A stretch of DNA of 61,380 nucleotides from Bacteroidota bacterium (GTDB lineage Bacteria; Bacteroidota; Bacteroidia; AKYH767-A; 2013-40CM-41-45): positions 1 to 61,380 of the forward strand of contig PLYJ01000033.1 in NCBI GenBank assembly GCA_003151745.1, in the 5' to 3' direction. A model generated the notes under the pieces. That model saw nothing but the letters and a program-made list of their open reading frames with translations, did not search any database and was not told the DNA's origin. Positions 1 through 10,062 of the stretch are shown here, piece after piece. Position 1 is the first letter of the stretch. Every line of letters starts with the position of its first letter. The position numbers and the translations under genes were made by a program.

Positions 1-158
1 AGATGTGGGTACACAGTAGCTCCTTGAGGAGAGGGGCCGGGGTGAGGTTTTTCAAAGCAAAACTATATTTTTTATATGAAATAAGAGACAAGGATGTTTC
101 TTTTTTTACCTTATCTCCAACCCTTCTCCTTCAGGAGAAGGGGGAAGGAAAACATAAC

Positions 159-659
159 TCACTTACTCTTGTATATAGGCACCGTTGAACAGGGTTCACC
201 ATACATGATACTCTTTGCAACAGGGCGAAGCAAAGCCGTTATTTCAATATAAGCGGAAGCAGGCACTTCCACCTTGCTGCATCCTTTGATAACAATGCGT
301 TGGTTGCGATAGTTTTCAAAATTTAGCTTTTGTATCTGTTCATGAAAAAGCGTTTCCTCTAATTTATTTAAATCGCCGGAGACAATCTTTTTTGCAAACG
401 GTTCAAGCTTAGTTGCAATGAGCATAAAGGCCCATGTAGGAACGATGGCATCGGCAGTACAAGTGAGTGCAACCAGCTTGTTTTGATATTGAGACCAATT
501 GTGATTTTTTATCTGTTCGCGAAAATCCTTTTCCTTCAGAATAAGCTCTTCAAACAGCCAACCTTTCAAATCAAACAAAAAACGATCTCCCGGAATATAT
601 AACTCCTCCAGATCAATGGTAACGAGACCGCTTTCGGCAACTTTATTAATGATTTCCAT
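159..659 (-). CDS. DUF2480 family protein
   Basis: MEIINKVAESGLVTIDLE start, CTADAIVP, and YGEPCSTVP end; last gene of the suf run. Confidence 0.85.
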   Translation of the reverse strand: MEIINKVAESGLVTIDLEELYIPGDRFLFDLKGWLFEELILKEKDFREQIKNHNWSQYQNKLVALTCTADAIVPTWAFMLIATKLEPFAKKIVSGDLNKLEETLFHEQIQKLNFENYRNQRIVIKGCSKVEVPASAYIEITALLRPVAKSIMYGEPCSTVPIYKSK

Positions 660-719
660 AATTCAGATGTGAGATGTGAGATAGTCTCATGTCTCAATAC
701 TCACGTCTCAAATCTCTTT

Positions 720-1109
720 TCACCACATTCCTAATTCAAGCTTCGCTTCCTCGCTCATCATATCCTTATTCCATGGCGGATCGAAGGTGATTTCAACTTT
801 CGCAGAGTTTACATCAGGAATGGTTTTTATTTTTTGCTCCACTTCAACAGGAAGTGTTTCAGCAACAGGGCAGGCAGGAGAAGTGAGTGTCATTTTCACA
901 AACACATCATTCCCTTCGTTGATCTTTGTTTCATATATCAACCCAAGCTCATATATATTGACAGGAATTTCAGGATCATAGCATGTCTTCAGGACATCCT
1001 TTACCCGTTCTTCCAGTGATTTAACAGGCCCCTCCAAACCTCCCCCAAGGGGAGGCTTATGCTCGCTTGAGCTTTCAGTAGTTATTTTATTTATTTCTTC
1101 AGAGGTCAT
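720..1109 (-). CDS. sufT: SUF system Fe-S assembly protein (DUF59/SufT-like)
   Basis: DPEIPVNIYELGL, TLTSPACP and DPPW motifs. The N-terminus carries a palindrome-derived peptide. Confidence 0.85.
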   Translation of the reverse strand: MTSEEINKITTESSSEHKPPLGGGLEGPVKSLEERVKDVLKTCYDPEIPVNIYELGLIYETKINEGNDVFVKMTLTSPACPVAETLPVEVEQKIKTIPDVNSAKVEITFDPPWNKDMMSEEAKLELGMW

Positions 1110-1119
1110 TTTAATTTTT

Positions 1120-1566
1120 TTAAAGCCCTCCCTTTGGGATGGTTGGGTGGGCCTGGTAACCTACTGCAAATAATTTCATTTGCTTAATCATATTTGACAA
1201 ACCGTTCGCTCTTGTGACTGCTATATGCTGACGTAATCCTATCTTATCAATGAAGCTAAGCTCGGTGTTCACTATATCCTGTGGCTTCTGCCCGCTCAAC
1301 ACACGAATCAGCAATGCAATTTCTCCCTTCACAAATGTTGAATCACTGTCTGCTTCAAAATAAACTTTGTCGTCTTTTATATAACTGTTCAACCACACAC
1401 TGCTCTGGCAGCCTTTTATTTTATTCTCATCTACCTTATGCTTTCCATTCAACTCAGGAAGCTTCTGTCCCAGTTCGATGATGTATTGGTATTTATCTTC
1501 CCATGCATCAAAGAGTTCGAACTCTTCGACAATTTCCTTTTCGATATTTTGTATTGAACTACTCAA
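1120..1566 (-). CDS. sufE: Cysteine desulfuration protein SufE
   Basis: KGCQSSVW, ADSD and RANGL motifs; directly downstream of sufS. Confidence 0.93.
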   Translation of the reverse strand: MSSSIQNIEKEIVEEFELFDAWEDKYQYIIELGQKLPELNGKHKVDENKIKGCQSSVWLNSYIKDDKVYFEADSDSTFVKGEIALLIRVLSGQKPQDIVNTELSFIDKIGLRQHIAVTRANGLSNMIKQMKLFAVGYQAHPTIPKGGL

Positions 1567-1567
1567 T

Positions 1568-2827
1568 TTAATTTTTCTTTTTCAGTAAGGCTATTGCCTT
1601 CTTTACTCCTTCAACCATCACATCAATTTCTTCCTTCGTATTGTAAAACAAAAATGAAGCACGTATAGTTCCCGGAATTTTAAACCTGTCCATCACCGGT
1701 TCCGTGCAATGATGTCCCGTGCGGACTGCAATTCCCATCGTATCTAAATACATACCGGCATCAAGTGCATTAACTCCTTCAATAATAAAAGAAACAACAC
1801 TTGCCTTTTCCTTTGCTGTTCCGATTAAACGAATGCTTTCTATATCCTTCAACTTTGCGGAAGCATATTCTGTCAATTCACTTTCATAATCAGCAATCGC
1901 TTTTCTGTTGAGCGATTGTATATAATCAAATGCCGTTCCCAATGCAATCACGTCAGCAATATTCGGAGTGCCCGCTTCAAATTTAAAAGGTACTTCGTTG
2001 TAAGTCGTTTTTGCAAAGCTTACAGAGTGAATCATTTCTCCTCCTCCTTGATATGGAGGCATATCTTCCAGCAAATGTAATTTACCATACAGGCACCCGA
2101 TGCCTGTAGGACCAAACATTTTATGTCCGGAAAAAGCAAAGAAATCGCAATCCAGTTCCTGCACATCAACGGGTGTGTGAACGACTGATTGTGCACCATC
2201 CACCAGCACAGGAATATTGTGCTGATGCGCTTTGACAATGATTTGCTTGACGGGATTAATTGTTCCGAGCGAATTTGAAATATGAACGACAGCAATGAAT
2301 TTTGTTTTTGGCGAGATGAGTTTTTCAAATTCATCTATCAGCAATTCCCCGTTGTCATTCATTGGAATCACTTTCAACACCACTTTCTTTTCTTCACACA
2401 GCATTTGCCAGGGCACAATGTTGCTATGATGCTCCATGGCAGAGATGATGATTTCATCCCCTGCTGATATATTTTTTCTTCCGTAAGAAGAAGCCACTAA
2501 GTTGATCGCCTCAGTAGTTCCCCGAACAAAAACAATTTCCTTTTGAGATTGCGCATTGATGAACTGCTGTGCTTTTACACGCACGTCATCGAATTCTTGT
2601 GATGCCTTTTGACTCAGGTAATGAACACCACGATGAATGTTCGCATTATATTCAGTGTAGTACTTTGTCAATTCATCAATCACCATCTGCGGTTTCTGCG
2701 AGGTTGCAGCATTGTCAAAATAAATTAGGGGCTTACCGTAAGCGGTTTGCTTTAACAGCGGAAAGTCGCGTCTCGCCTTTTGAGGATCGAAGGTTGTTTT
2801 CTTTTCTATGGCAGTATCTGGCAACAT
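1568..2827 (-). CDS. sufS: Cysteine desulfurase SufS
   Basis: YFDNAATSQKP, FSGHKM (PLP lysine) and RTGHHC. Confidence 0.96.
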   Translation of the reverse strand: MLPDTAIEKKTTFDPQKARRDFPLLKQTAYGKPLIYFDNAATSQKPQMVIDELTKYYTEYNANIHRGVHYLSQKASQEFDDVRVKAQQFINAQSQKEIVFVRGTTEAINLVASSYGRKNISAGDEIIISAMEHHSNIVPWQMLCEEKKVVLKVIPMNDNGELLIDEFEKLISPKTKFIAVVHISNSLGTINPVKQIIVKAHQHNIPVLVDGAQSVVHTPVDVQELDCDFFAFSGHKMFGPTGIGCLYGKLHLLEDMPPYQGGGEMIHSVSFAKTTYNEVPFKFEAGTPNIADVIALGTAFDYIQSLNRKAIADYESELTEYASAKLKDIESIRLIGTAKEKASVVSFIIEGVNALDAGMYLDTMGIAVRTGHHCTEPVMDRFKIPGTIRASFLFYNTKEEIDVMVEGVKKAIALLKKKN

Positions 2828-2828
2828 A

Positions 2829-4139
2829 TCATACCTCTACGGTTTTCAGTTTCGTGGAAAGAAAGGTGATGAGATTATTTTTTAACTCGTCAATTGTAAT
2901 ATGATTGATAACATCAGAAGCAAAGGCGGTGTTGAGCAATGCTCTTGCAGTTTCTTCGCCAATACCCCTTGAACGAAGGTAGAACAAAGCTTCTTCGTCA
3001 ATCTGACCGGTAGTTGCACCATGAGAGCACTTCACATCATCTGCAAAGATTTCCAATTGCGGCTTGGCATTCATGGAAGCATCGTTGCTGAGCAGAATGT
3101 TTTTATTCGATTGATAGGCATTCGTTTTCTGCGCATCCTGTCGAACAAATATTTTTCCGTTGAATACTCCATGCGCCTTGTCATCAATGATTCCTTTGTA
3201 TAATTCATTGCTGTAGCAATTCGGCTTTGCATGGTCAACCAATGTATGATTGTCTACGAGCTGACTACCATTCAATAAATACAAACCATATAGATGAGCA
3301 GTGCCGTTTTCATCATTCAGCACAATATGAAGATTGTTTCGAACAATTTCTCCGCCAAGGGTGATAGTATTAATATTAAAGGTGCTGTTCTTACTAAGGT
3401 ATGCTTCTGTGTGATTGATATGAAAAGCTTCAGCCGTCTCATTTTGAATCTTGTTGAATTCAATCAAAGCATTTTCTTTCACCACAATTTCTGTCACGCT
3501 GTCGGTGAAGTTGTGATTGTCCGCTTGCATGCAATGAAAGCTCTCTACAATCTTTACCTGTGAGCTTTTCTCAGCCACAACCAGGTTTCTCGGATAAGCA
3601 ACTGATGCTGCATTTCTCGCATCACTTACATACAACAAGTGAATCGGCTGTTCAACAACTGCGTTTCCCGGAACGTGAATAAAAGCGCCGTCATGGCTAA
3701 ACGCTGTGTTGAGGGCAATAAAGCTTTCAGTCTTTATAGAAGCATATTTGCCGAAGTGTTCTTTCACTGCAGCGTCATTCAACGATGAGGCAAGCGAAGC
3801 AACAACAACATTCTTCGGAAGATTATTTAAAACAGAAAGTGATTCGTTGTAATGACCGTTTTCAAATACGAGAATAGTAGCCGAAGATCCGCAGATTAAA
3901 AAATCTTTAATGTCTTCCCGCGTTAACTTAAATTTATCTGCAGGAGTGCTACTGCGGAAATCAACCTTGGTAATCGGTAAAACGTTCGTGTATTTCCACT
4001 CCTCATTCTTTGTGGTCGGAAATCCAAGCTCGGCAAAACGCTGAATGGATTCCTTACGCAACAAAGCATGGGAATCTTTCTTCAGATACAAATCCGAGAA
4101 CGAATTAAATTTATTTAGATATTGATCTTTACTTTCCAT
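2829..4139 (-). CDS. sufD: Fe-S cluster assembly protein SufD
   Basis: PQLEIFADDVKCSHGAT and FYLRSRGI. Confidence 0.95.
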   Translation of the reverse strand: MESKDQYLNKFNSFSDLYLKKDSHALLRKESIQRFAELGFPTTKNEEWKYTNVLPITKVDFRSSTPADKFKLTREDIKDFLICGSSATILVFENGHYNESLSVLNNLPKNVVVASLASSLNDAAVKEHFGKYASIKTESFIALNTAFSHDGAFIHVPGNAVVEQPIHLLYVSDARNAASVAYPRNLVVAEKSSQVKIVESFHCMQADNHNFTDSVTEIVVKENALIEFNKIQNETAEAFHINHTEAYLSKNSTFNINTITLGGEIVRNNLHIVLNDENGTAHLYGLYLLNGSQLVDNHTLVDHAKPNCYSNELYKGIIDDKAHGVFNGKIFVRQDAQKTNAYQSNKNILLSNDASMNAKPQLEIFADDVKCSHGATTGQIDEEALFYLRSRGIGEETARALLNTAFASDVINHITIDELKNNLITFLSTKLKTVEV

Positions 4140-4154
4140 TAAAACCTCAAAACT

Positions 4155-4236
4155 TTACCACATAGACACAATAGATACATAGGTTACACATAGACTATGT
4201 GTTTCTTCTATGTTTTCTATTGTGTCTATGTGGTAA
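4155..4236. repeat. Intergenic hairpin between sufC and sufD
   Basis: Perfect 21-bp outer arms, ttaccacatagacacaataga and tctattgtgtctatgtggtaa. Confidence 0.92.
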
Positions 4237-4254
4237 TTTTTCATTTAAACGTCT

Positions 4255-5007
4255 TTAAACTGCTACTTCTTCTTTTATCCAGTCGTATCCCTTTTCTTCC
4301 AGTTCAAGCGCAAGCGCTTTGGTTCCGCTCTTTACTATTCTTCCATTATATAATACATGCACAAAATCAGGAACAATATAATCGAGCAAACGTTGATAAT
4401 GCGTGATCACAATAAATGAACGTTCCTTATTTCGCAAAGCATTCACGCCATTTGCAACAATGCGCAATGCATCAATATCAAGGCCGGAATCCGTTTCATC
4501 AAGCACAGCAAGAGTAGGTTCCAGCATAGCCATCTGGAAAATTTCATTGCGTTTCTTTTCTCCTCCACTGAATCCTTCATTCACCGAACGCTGCGTCATG
4601 GCTTTATCCATCTCCACCAGTTTCATCTTCTCGCGCATCAGAATGAGAAAATCTTTTGAATCAAGAGGTGCTAATCCTTTTGATTTGCGAACTTCATTGA
4701 GAGCCGTCTTCAGAAAGTTAGCATTGCTCACTCCGGGAATTTCCACAGGATATTGAAATGCCATAAACAACCCTTTGCGCGCCCTGTCTTCAGGAGACAT
4801 ATCAAGAATATTTTCTCCATCAAAAAGAACTTCTCCTCCTGTTACTTCATATTCCTTACGACCTGAAAGTACAGATGCCAATGTACTCTTGCCTGAACCA
4901 TTCGGTCCCATGATAGCATGTACTTCACCTGCTTTTACTTCGAGGTTTATTCCATTGAGAATTTGCTTCTCGTCTACTTTGGCTCTTAAATTTTTTATCT
5001 TTAACAT
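4255..5007 (-). CDS. sufC: Fe-S cluster assembly ATPase SufC
   Basis: GPNGSGKST, GFSGGEKKR and LDETDSGLD. Start moved to ATG 5007 because the track's 5019 start lies inside a repeat arm. Confidence 0.96.
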   Translation of the reverse strand: MLKIKNLRAKVDEKQILNGINLEVKAGEVHAIMGPNGSGKSTLASVLSGRKEYEVTGGEVLFDGENILDMSPEDRARKGLFMAFQYPVEIPGVSNANFLKTALNEVRKSKGLAPLDSKDFLILMREKMKLVEMDKAMTQRSVNEGFSGGEKKRNEIFQMAMLEPTLAVLDETDSGLDIDALRIVANGVNALRNKERSFIVITHYQRLLDYIVPDFVHVLYNGRIVKSGTKALALELEEKGYDWIKEEVAV

Positions 5008-5013
5008 ACAATT

Positions 5014-5505
5014 GTTCAAAGTTCAAAGTTATTCAGTTCAATGTTTAGTTATGGCTGGCTGTGATGTAATCAGGTGCATCCTCTTTAAATTTACTTCCCT
5101 TCATTTCTGAGTTTTGTAAATAACTCATCAGACCGCCAATTAATTTTGATGTTTCCGTTACGAGATGGAATATAGTATCAAATTGACTTTTGTCAATATA
5201 ATTTAAGTCTAAAGCAACATACAATTGCGCTCTTACTTCAGCCGATGATGCTTTTGCAATAGAAAGAAACTGAAGAAATTCCTTGTTACCATTTCTTTCA
5301 AAACCTTCAGCAATATTGGATAGTATTGAAATGCTTGCTCTTCTTATCTGATCCCTCAATCCGAAGTCTCTTACAAAGTTTCCGCTATTAGACACTTTAT
5401 ATATTTCAATGTTAAGCACTCTCGCCTTTTGCCAACAAACCAATTCTTCAAAACTTTTAATCGTACTCATAACATTGAACTTTGAACTGAGTAACCTTGA
5501 ACTAA
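5014..5505. mobile_element. Heptamer-repeat hairpin arms enclosing the four-helix-bundle gene
   Basis: (GTTCAAA)n arm at 5014-5045 and (TTGAACT)n arm at 5471-5505 abut the stop and start codons. Confidence 0.7.
5045..5470 (-). CDS. Four helix bundle protein (23S rRNA IVP family) inserted between sufB and sufC
   Basis: FEEL.CWQKA, LRDQIRRASISILSNIAEGFER and IAKASSAEVRAQL signature. Confidence 0.92.
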   Translation of the reverse strand: MSTIKSFEELVCWQKARVLNIEIYKVSNSGNFVRDFGLRDQIRRASISILSNIAEGFERNGNKEFLQFLSIAKASSAEVRAQLYVALDLNYIDKSQFDTIFHLVTETSKLIGGLMSYLQNSEMKGSKFKEDAPDYITASHN

Positions 5506-5508
5506 TTT

Positions 5509-6960
5509 TTATCCCACACTTCCTTCCAATGAAATCGCAAGCAATTTCTGCGCTTCCACAGCAAATTCCATCGGCAGTTGGTTAAATACTTCCTTACAAT
5601 ATCCGTTCACAATCAATCCTACTGCATCTTCCGTAGATATGCCACGTTGATTGCAATAGAATATCTGATCTTCACCAACCTTTGATGTCGTTGCTTCATG
5701 TTCCACCTTTGCTGTCTTGTTGGAACATTCTAAATAAGGGAATGTATGTGCGCCGCATTTATCCCCAAGCAACAATGAGTCGCACTGCGAGAAGTTACGG
5801 GCATTATCGGCTTTCTTATTAATCTTTACTAATCCGCGGTAGCTGTTATTGCTTTTTCCTCCGCTGATACCTTTTGAAATAATGGTGCTGCGCGTGTTCT
5901 TGCCAAGGTGAATCATCTTTGTGCCTGTGTCTGCCTGCTGATAATTATTAGTTACCGCAACAGAATAAAACTCACCGATTGAATTATCCCCTTTCAAAAT
6001 CACACTTGGATATTTCCATGTGATGGCAGAACCTGTTTCCACCTGCGTCCAGCTTATCTTGGAATTTTCACCGTGACACAAGCCTCTCTTAGTAACGAAG
6101 TTATATATGCCGCCTTTTCCTTCTTTATTTCCGGGATACCAATTCTGCACCGTTGAATATTTCACCTGCGCGTCCTTGTGCGCATAGATTTCTACCACTG
6201 CAGCATGCAATTGGTTTTCATCACGCATCGGTGCTGTGCATCCTTCCAGGTAACTTACAAACGCACCTTCATCAGCAATGATTAATGTTCTTTCAAATTG
6301 TCCTGTTCCTGCAGAGTTGATGCGGAAGTAAGTGCTCAGCTCCATCGGGCAGCGAACGCCTTTTGGTATATAGCAAAAAGAACCATCGCTGAATACAGCG
6401 CTGTTCAAAGCTGCATAAAAGTTATCCGTCATCGGCACTACAGAACCAAGGTATTGCTTGATCAGTTCAGGATGTTCCTGAACAGCTTCACTGAATGAAG
6501 AGAAAAAAATTCCAAGCTTCGACAGCTCATCCCTGAAAGTGGTCTTCACAGAAACGCTGTCAATCACTGCATCCACAGCAACATTTGCCAAACGCTTCTG
6601 CTCTTCAAATGAAATACCGAGCTTATCAAACGTGGCTTTAATTTCAGGATCTAACTCATCGAGGCTTTTCAACTCAGGCTTTTTCTTTGGAGCAGAATAA
6701 TAAATGATGTTTTGGAAATCAATCTGAGGATGATGAATGTTTGCCCATGTTGGCTCTTCCTGGTTTAAGGTAAGCCAATGACGAAACGCCTTCAAACGCC
6801 ATTCCAGCAACCATTCCGGCTCATTCTTCTTAGCTGAAATAAAACGCACAGTGCTCTCGTTAAGACCAATGGGAGCATTATCCGATTCAATGTTGCTCAC
6901 AAAGCCCCACTTGTAATCACTTTGAATGACGTCTTCTAATATTTTTAAGTCCTCAGACAT
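5509..6960 (-). CDS. sufB: Fe-S cluster assembly protein SufB
   Basis: [17 protein letters not shown] and EHEATTSK. Confidence 0.97.
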   Translation of the reverse strand: MSEDLKILEDVIQSDYKWGFVSNIESDNAPIGLNESTVRFISAKKNEPEWLLEWRLKAFRHWLTLNQEEPTWANIHHPQIDFQNIIYYSAPKKKPELKSLDELDPEIKATFDKLGISFEEQKRLANVAVDAVIDSVSVKTTFRDELSKLGIFFSSFSEAVQEHPELIKQYLGSVVPMTDNFYAALNSAVFSDGSFCYIPKGVRCPMELSTYFRINSAGTGQFERTLIIADEGAFVSYLEGCTAPMRDENQLHAAVVEIYAHKDAQVKYSTVQNWYPGNKEGKGGIYNFVTKRGLCHGENSKISWTQVETGSAITWKYPSVILKGDNSIGEFYSVAVTNNYQQADTGTKMIHLGKNTRSTIISKGISGGKSNNSYRGLVKINKKADNARNFSQCDSLLLGDKCGAHTFPYLECSNKTAKVEHEATTSKVGEDQIFYCNQRGISTEDAVGLIVNGYCKEVFNQLPMEFAVEAQKLLAISLEGSVG

Positions 6961-6963
6961 TAT

Positions 6964-7050
6964 TTAGTTCAAAGTTGCTCAGTTCAAAGTTCAAAGTTTG
7001 GTTCAAGGTGTTTTCAACTTTGAACTGATAAACATTGAACTTTGAACTAA
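6964..7050. repeat. Gene-less GTTCAAA-family hairpin
   Basis: 6964-6998 matches the reverse complement of 5471-5505 at 32/35 positions. Confidence 0.9.
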
Positions 7051-7098
7051 CCTTCCTTATTTGGATTGATTCTAAATTAGAAATTCCGGCAAAAAAAA

Positions 7099-7425
7099 TT
7101 ACACGGAGAAACTCTCTCCGCAGCCGCAGGTTCTTGAAGCATTGGGGTTGATGAACTGAAACCCTTTGCCATTAAGCCCGTCGCTGAAATCAAGCTCCGT
7201 TCCTACTAAGTAGAGAAAACTCTTTTTATCCACCACAATTTTCACCCCTTTATCTTCAAACACCTTGTCATCGGGCTTGGTCAGGCTGTCAAACTCCAGC
7301 TTATACGTTAAGCCGGAACATCCTCCGCCTTCCACTCCCACACGAATAAACGAATCAGCAGGACTTTTTTCCTTGCTCATCAGTTCTATGGCTTTTTCTT
7401 TAGCCCTTTCCGTTACGGTAATCAT
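7099..7425 (-). CDS. sufA: A-type Fe-S carrier (HesB/IscA/SufA)
   Basis: GGGCSG and CGCGESF. Confidence 0.92.
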   Translation of the reverse strand: MITVTERAKEKAIELMSKEKSPADSFIRVGVEGGGCSGLTYKLEFDSLTKPDDKVFEDKGVKIVVDKKSFLYLVGTELDFSDGLNGKGFQFINPNASRTCGCGESFSV

Positions 7426-7437
7426 TTTTTAAAATAT

Positions 7438-7520
7438 TTAGTTCAAAGTTTCCCAGTTCAAGGTTTGGAAACACAGTCATTACCCCTAACTTTGAACTGA
7501 ACAACATTGAACTTGGAACT
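7438..7520. repeat. Gene-less GTTCAAA-family hairpin
   Basis: ttagttcaaagtttcccagttcaaggtt ... aactttgaactgaacaacattgaacttggaact. Confidence 0.88.
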
Positions 7521-7532
7521 CATTTACAGCCA

Positions 7533-7540
7533 CAAAGGTA
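7533..7540 (-). promoter_or_regulatory. Bacteroidota -7 promoter element for the suf operon
   Basis: TACCTTTG on the minus strand matches TAnnTTTG. Confidence 0.7.
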
Positions 7541-7715
7541 CGGTTTTTAAGGGGGTTTAACAAATGATTTATAGCCTCAAACCGGCTGATTTCGATCACC
7601 ACCATTGGTACTGTTCCTAACGGATGAAGATAGTTATTATAAAATCCATATTTATAGATCGCCCGATTTAACCCACAAAAGCATTAAAGGCACTAAAATT
7701 TGTCGTGCAACATTT

Positions 7716-8030
7716 TACAAGGTGAGTCGCCCATGTTACATGGTGATGCGACAATTTCATAAAGCGACATCATCATGTATTAGGGCGATATGACGATGTT
7801 AGATGGTGATTTCTCCATGATTTATGGCGACATGACCATTTTTTAAGGCTATATGCCCATGATTTGAGGTGATGCCGCCATTTTTCATAGTCATTCCTCC
7901 TTGTTTCATGGTTATTCCGCCTTACAACATGGCGATACCGCCTTATTTCATGGTCATATACCCTCTTCACATGGTTATGCTGGCATGTTTCATGGTTATA
8001 TTACTTGGTATTATGGTTATAGCCGAATTT
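7716..8030. repeat. Degenerate tandem array, 15 x 21 bp
   Basis: Units such as ttcatggttattccgccttac and ttcatggtcatataccctctt stay in phase without indels. Confidence 0.88.
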
Positions 8031-8218
8031 GAAAGATGTTGCAAAAATCTATTTCAAAAATGTAATATCGCGCAAGTTTAATACTACGAATGGGTTAAAG
8101 AAGACGCAGATGTTATTCTTTAAAGGGAAGTTTAATCTGTGCTTTTGAAGTTAAACGGAATGCATAAAAAGCAGGTAATGGTTATTTTGATTACTTTTGA
8201 AAAACAAAATTGAAAGGC

Positions 8219-10032
8219 ATGAGAAAAAATATTCTACACGTTTTCGCATTGGTAGTTTTGTTAATCTGCACACTATCAACAAATGCTCAATGGGTGCAGA
8301 CGAACGGGCCTTATGGCGGCGGGGTTAACTGCTTTGCCGTCAGCGGAAGTAACATTTTTGCAGGTACTGATATAGGCGCGTATATATACAATAACAATAG
8401 CAGCAAATGGACGGAAGTATATAACGGTTTGCCATTTAATACTCCTGTCAGTTCATCTGCAATCAGCGGGAGCAACATTTTTGCAGGTACTCAAAAAGGC
8501 GTGTTCTTATCCATCGATAGCGGCAATAGTTGGACGGCTGTGAATAATGGCTTGACTAATCTTTTAGTCAATTCTTTATCTGTCAGCGGAAGCAAAATTT
8601 TTGCAGGAACTGCAGGGGGTGGAGTGTTTGTGTCATACGATAGCGGTTCCAGTTGGTGGACTCTGAATAACGGTTTGACAAATGCTTATGTTGGGCCATT
8701 TGCCTTCAGCGGAAATAATATTTTTGCAGGAACTGACGGTGGTGGCGTGTTTTTATCTACGAACAATGGCAGCAGTTGGGCGGCAGTAAATAACGGCTTG
8801 CAATCAGATACTATTGTTAATTCATTAGCCATAATTGGGAGCAACATTTTTGCAGCAACTTTTAGCGGCGTGTATTCATCCACCAACAACGGCAGTAGCT
8901 GGACAGCAGTTAATATAGGTTTGACAAGTAATGCTGCCTTATCATTAGCCTTTAGCGGGAGCAACATCCTTGCAGGAACTATTCGCAGTGGAGTGTTTTT
9001 TCCACCGACAGCGGCAGCAGTTGGACGAGAGTGAATAACGGCTTGACATATTATACGTGGGTCAATTCATTAATCACCAGCGGTGCCAACATCTTTGCAG
9101 GAATGCGTGGCGGCGGCGTGTTTTTATCTACCGACAGCGGTAGCAGTTGGACGGCAGTGAATAATGGATTAACAGGTACTATTGTATTTTCATTAGCCAT
9201 TAGCGGAAGCAACATCTTTGCAGGAACTGAAGAAGGTGTCTTTTTATCCAATAACAATGGCAGCAGTTGGACGCCAGTGAACAACGGATTGACAAATGCT
9301 ATTGTCTTTTCATTAGCCATTAACGGGAACAGCATTTTTGTAGGAACTGACGGAGGCGGTGTGTTTTTATCCACTAATAACGGCAGCAGTTGAACGGCAG
9401 TAAATAACGGCTTGACAGATACCATTGTCACTTCATTTGCCTTCAGCGGAAGTAACATCTTTGCAGGAACTTATTATGGTCATAGTGGTGTATTTTTATC
9501 CACCAACAATGGCAGCAGTTGGACGGCTGTGAATAATGGCTTAACATTTACTTCTGTTTCGTCATTAGCCATCAGCGGGAGCAATATTTTTGCCGGTGGT
9601 GCCGGTGTGTTTTTATCAACCGACAATGGTAGTAGTTGGACGGCCGTGAATAATGGATTAATAAATCATGATGTCAAATCATTAGCCATTAGTGGAAGCA
9701 ACATTTTTGCAGGAATCTGGGCTGGCGGCGTTTGGAAACGTTCCTTATCAGATATTTTAGCAGTAGAAAACATCACTGCTAATGATAATGACTTTAGTAT
9801 ATATCCCAACCCCGCCACCGACCAACTCACCATTTATACTTCATCTTTTCACAACGAAGTGGTAACGGTTTCGGTGATGAATGTGCTTGGGCAGGAGGCC
9901 TCACCCCCGGCCCCTCTCCTAAGGAGAGGGGAGGATGCGGTGCTTGATGTCAGCAAGCTTGCGTCAGGTATGTATTTTCTTCAATTGAAATCGGAGAGTG
10001 AAAGTGTGGTAAAGAAGTTTGAGAAAGAGTGA
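8219..10032 (+). pseudogene. BNR/Asp-box repeat T9SS cargo protein, disrupted
   Basis: STNNGSSW repeats and a CTD (YPNP...GMYFL). A 1-bp loss near 9000 (GTGTTTTTTCC versus the usual GTGTTTTTATCC) and TGA at 9391-9393 in place of the repeat Trp. Confidence 0.85.
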
Positions 10033-10062
10033 ATGCGTGCTAATCGTTAATCATCAAATGAA

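Noticed and set aside
5045-5470. Diversity-generating retroelement, suggested by the Avd-like fold
   Set aside because: No reverse transcriptase and no TR/VR pair with adenine-specific mismatches was seen in the window.
9391-9393. TGA read as Trp (alternative genetic code)
   Set aside because: TGA ends many normal genes here, Trp is TGG elsewhere, and the gene also has a frameshift.
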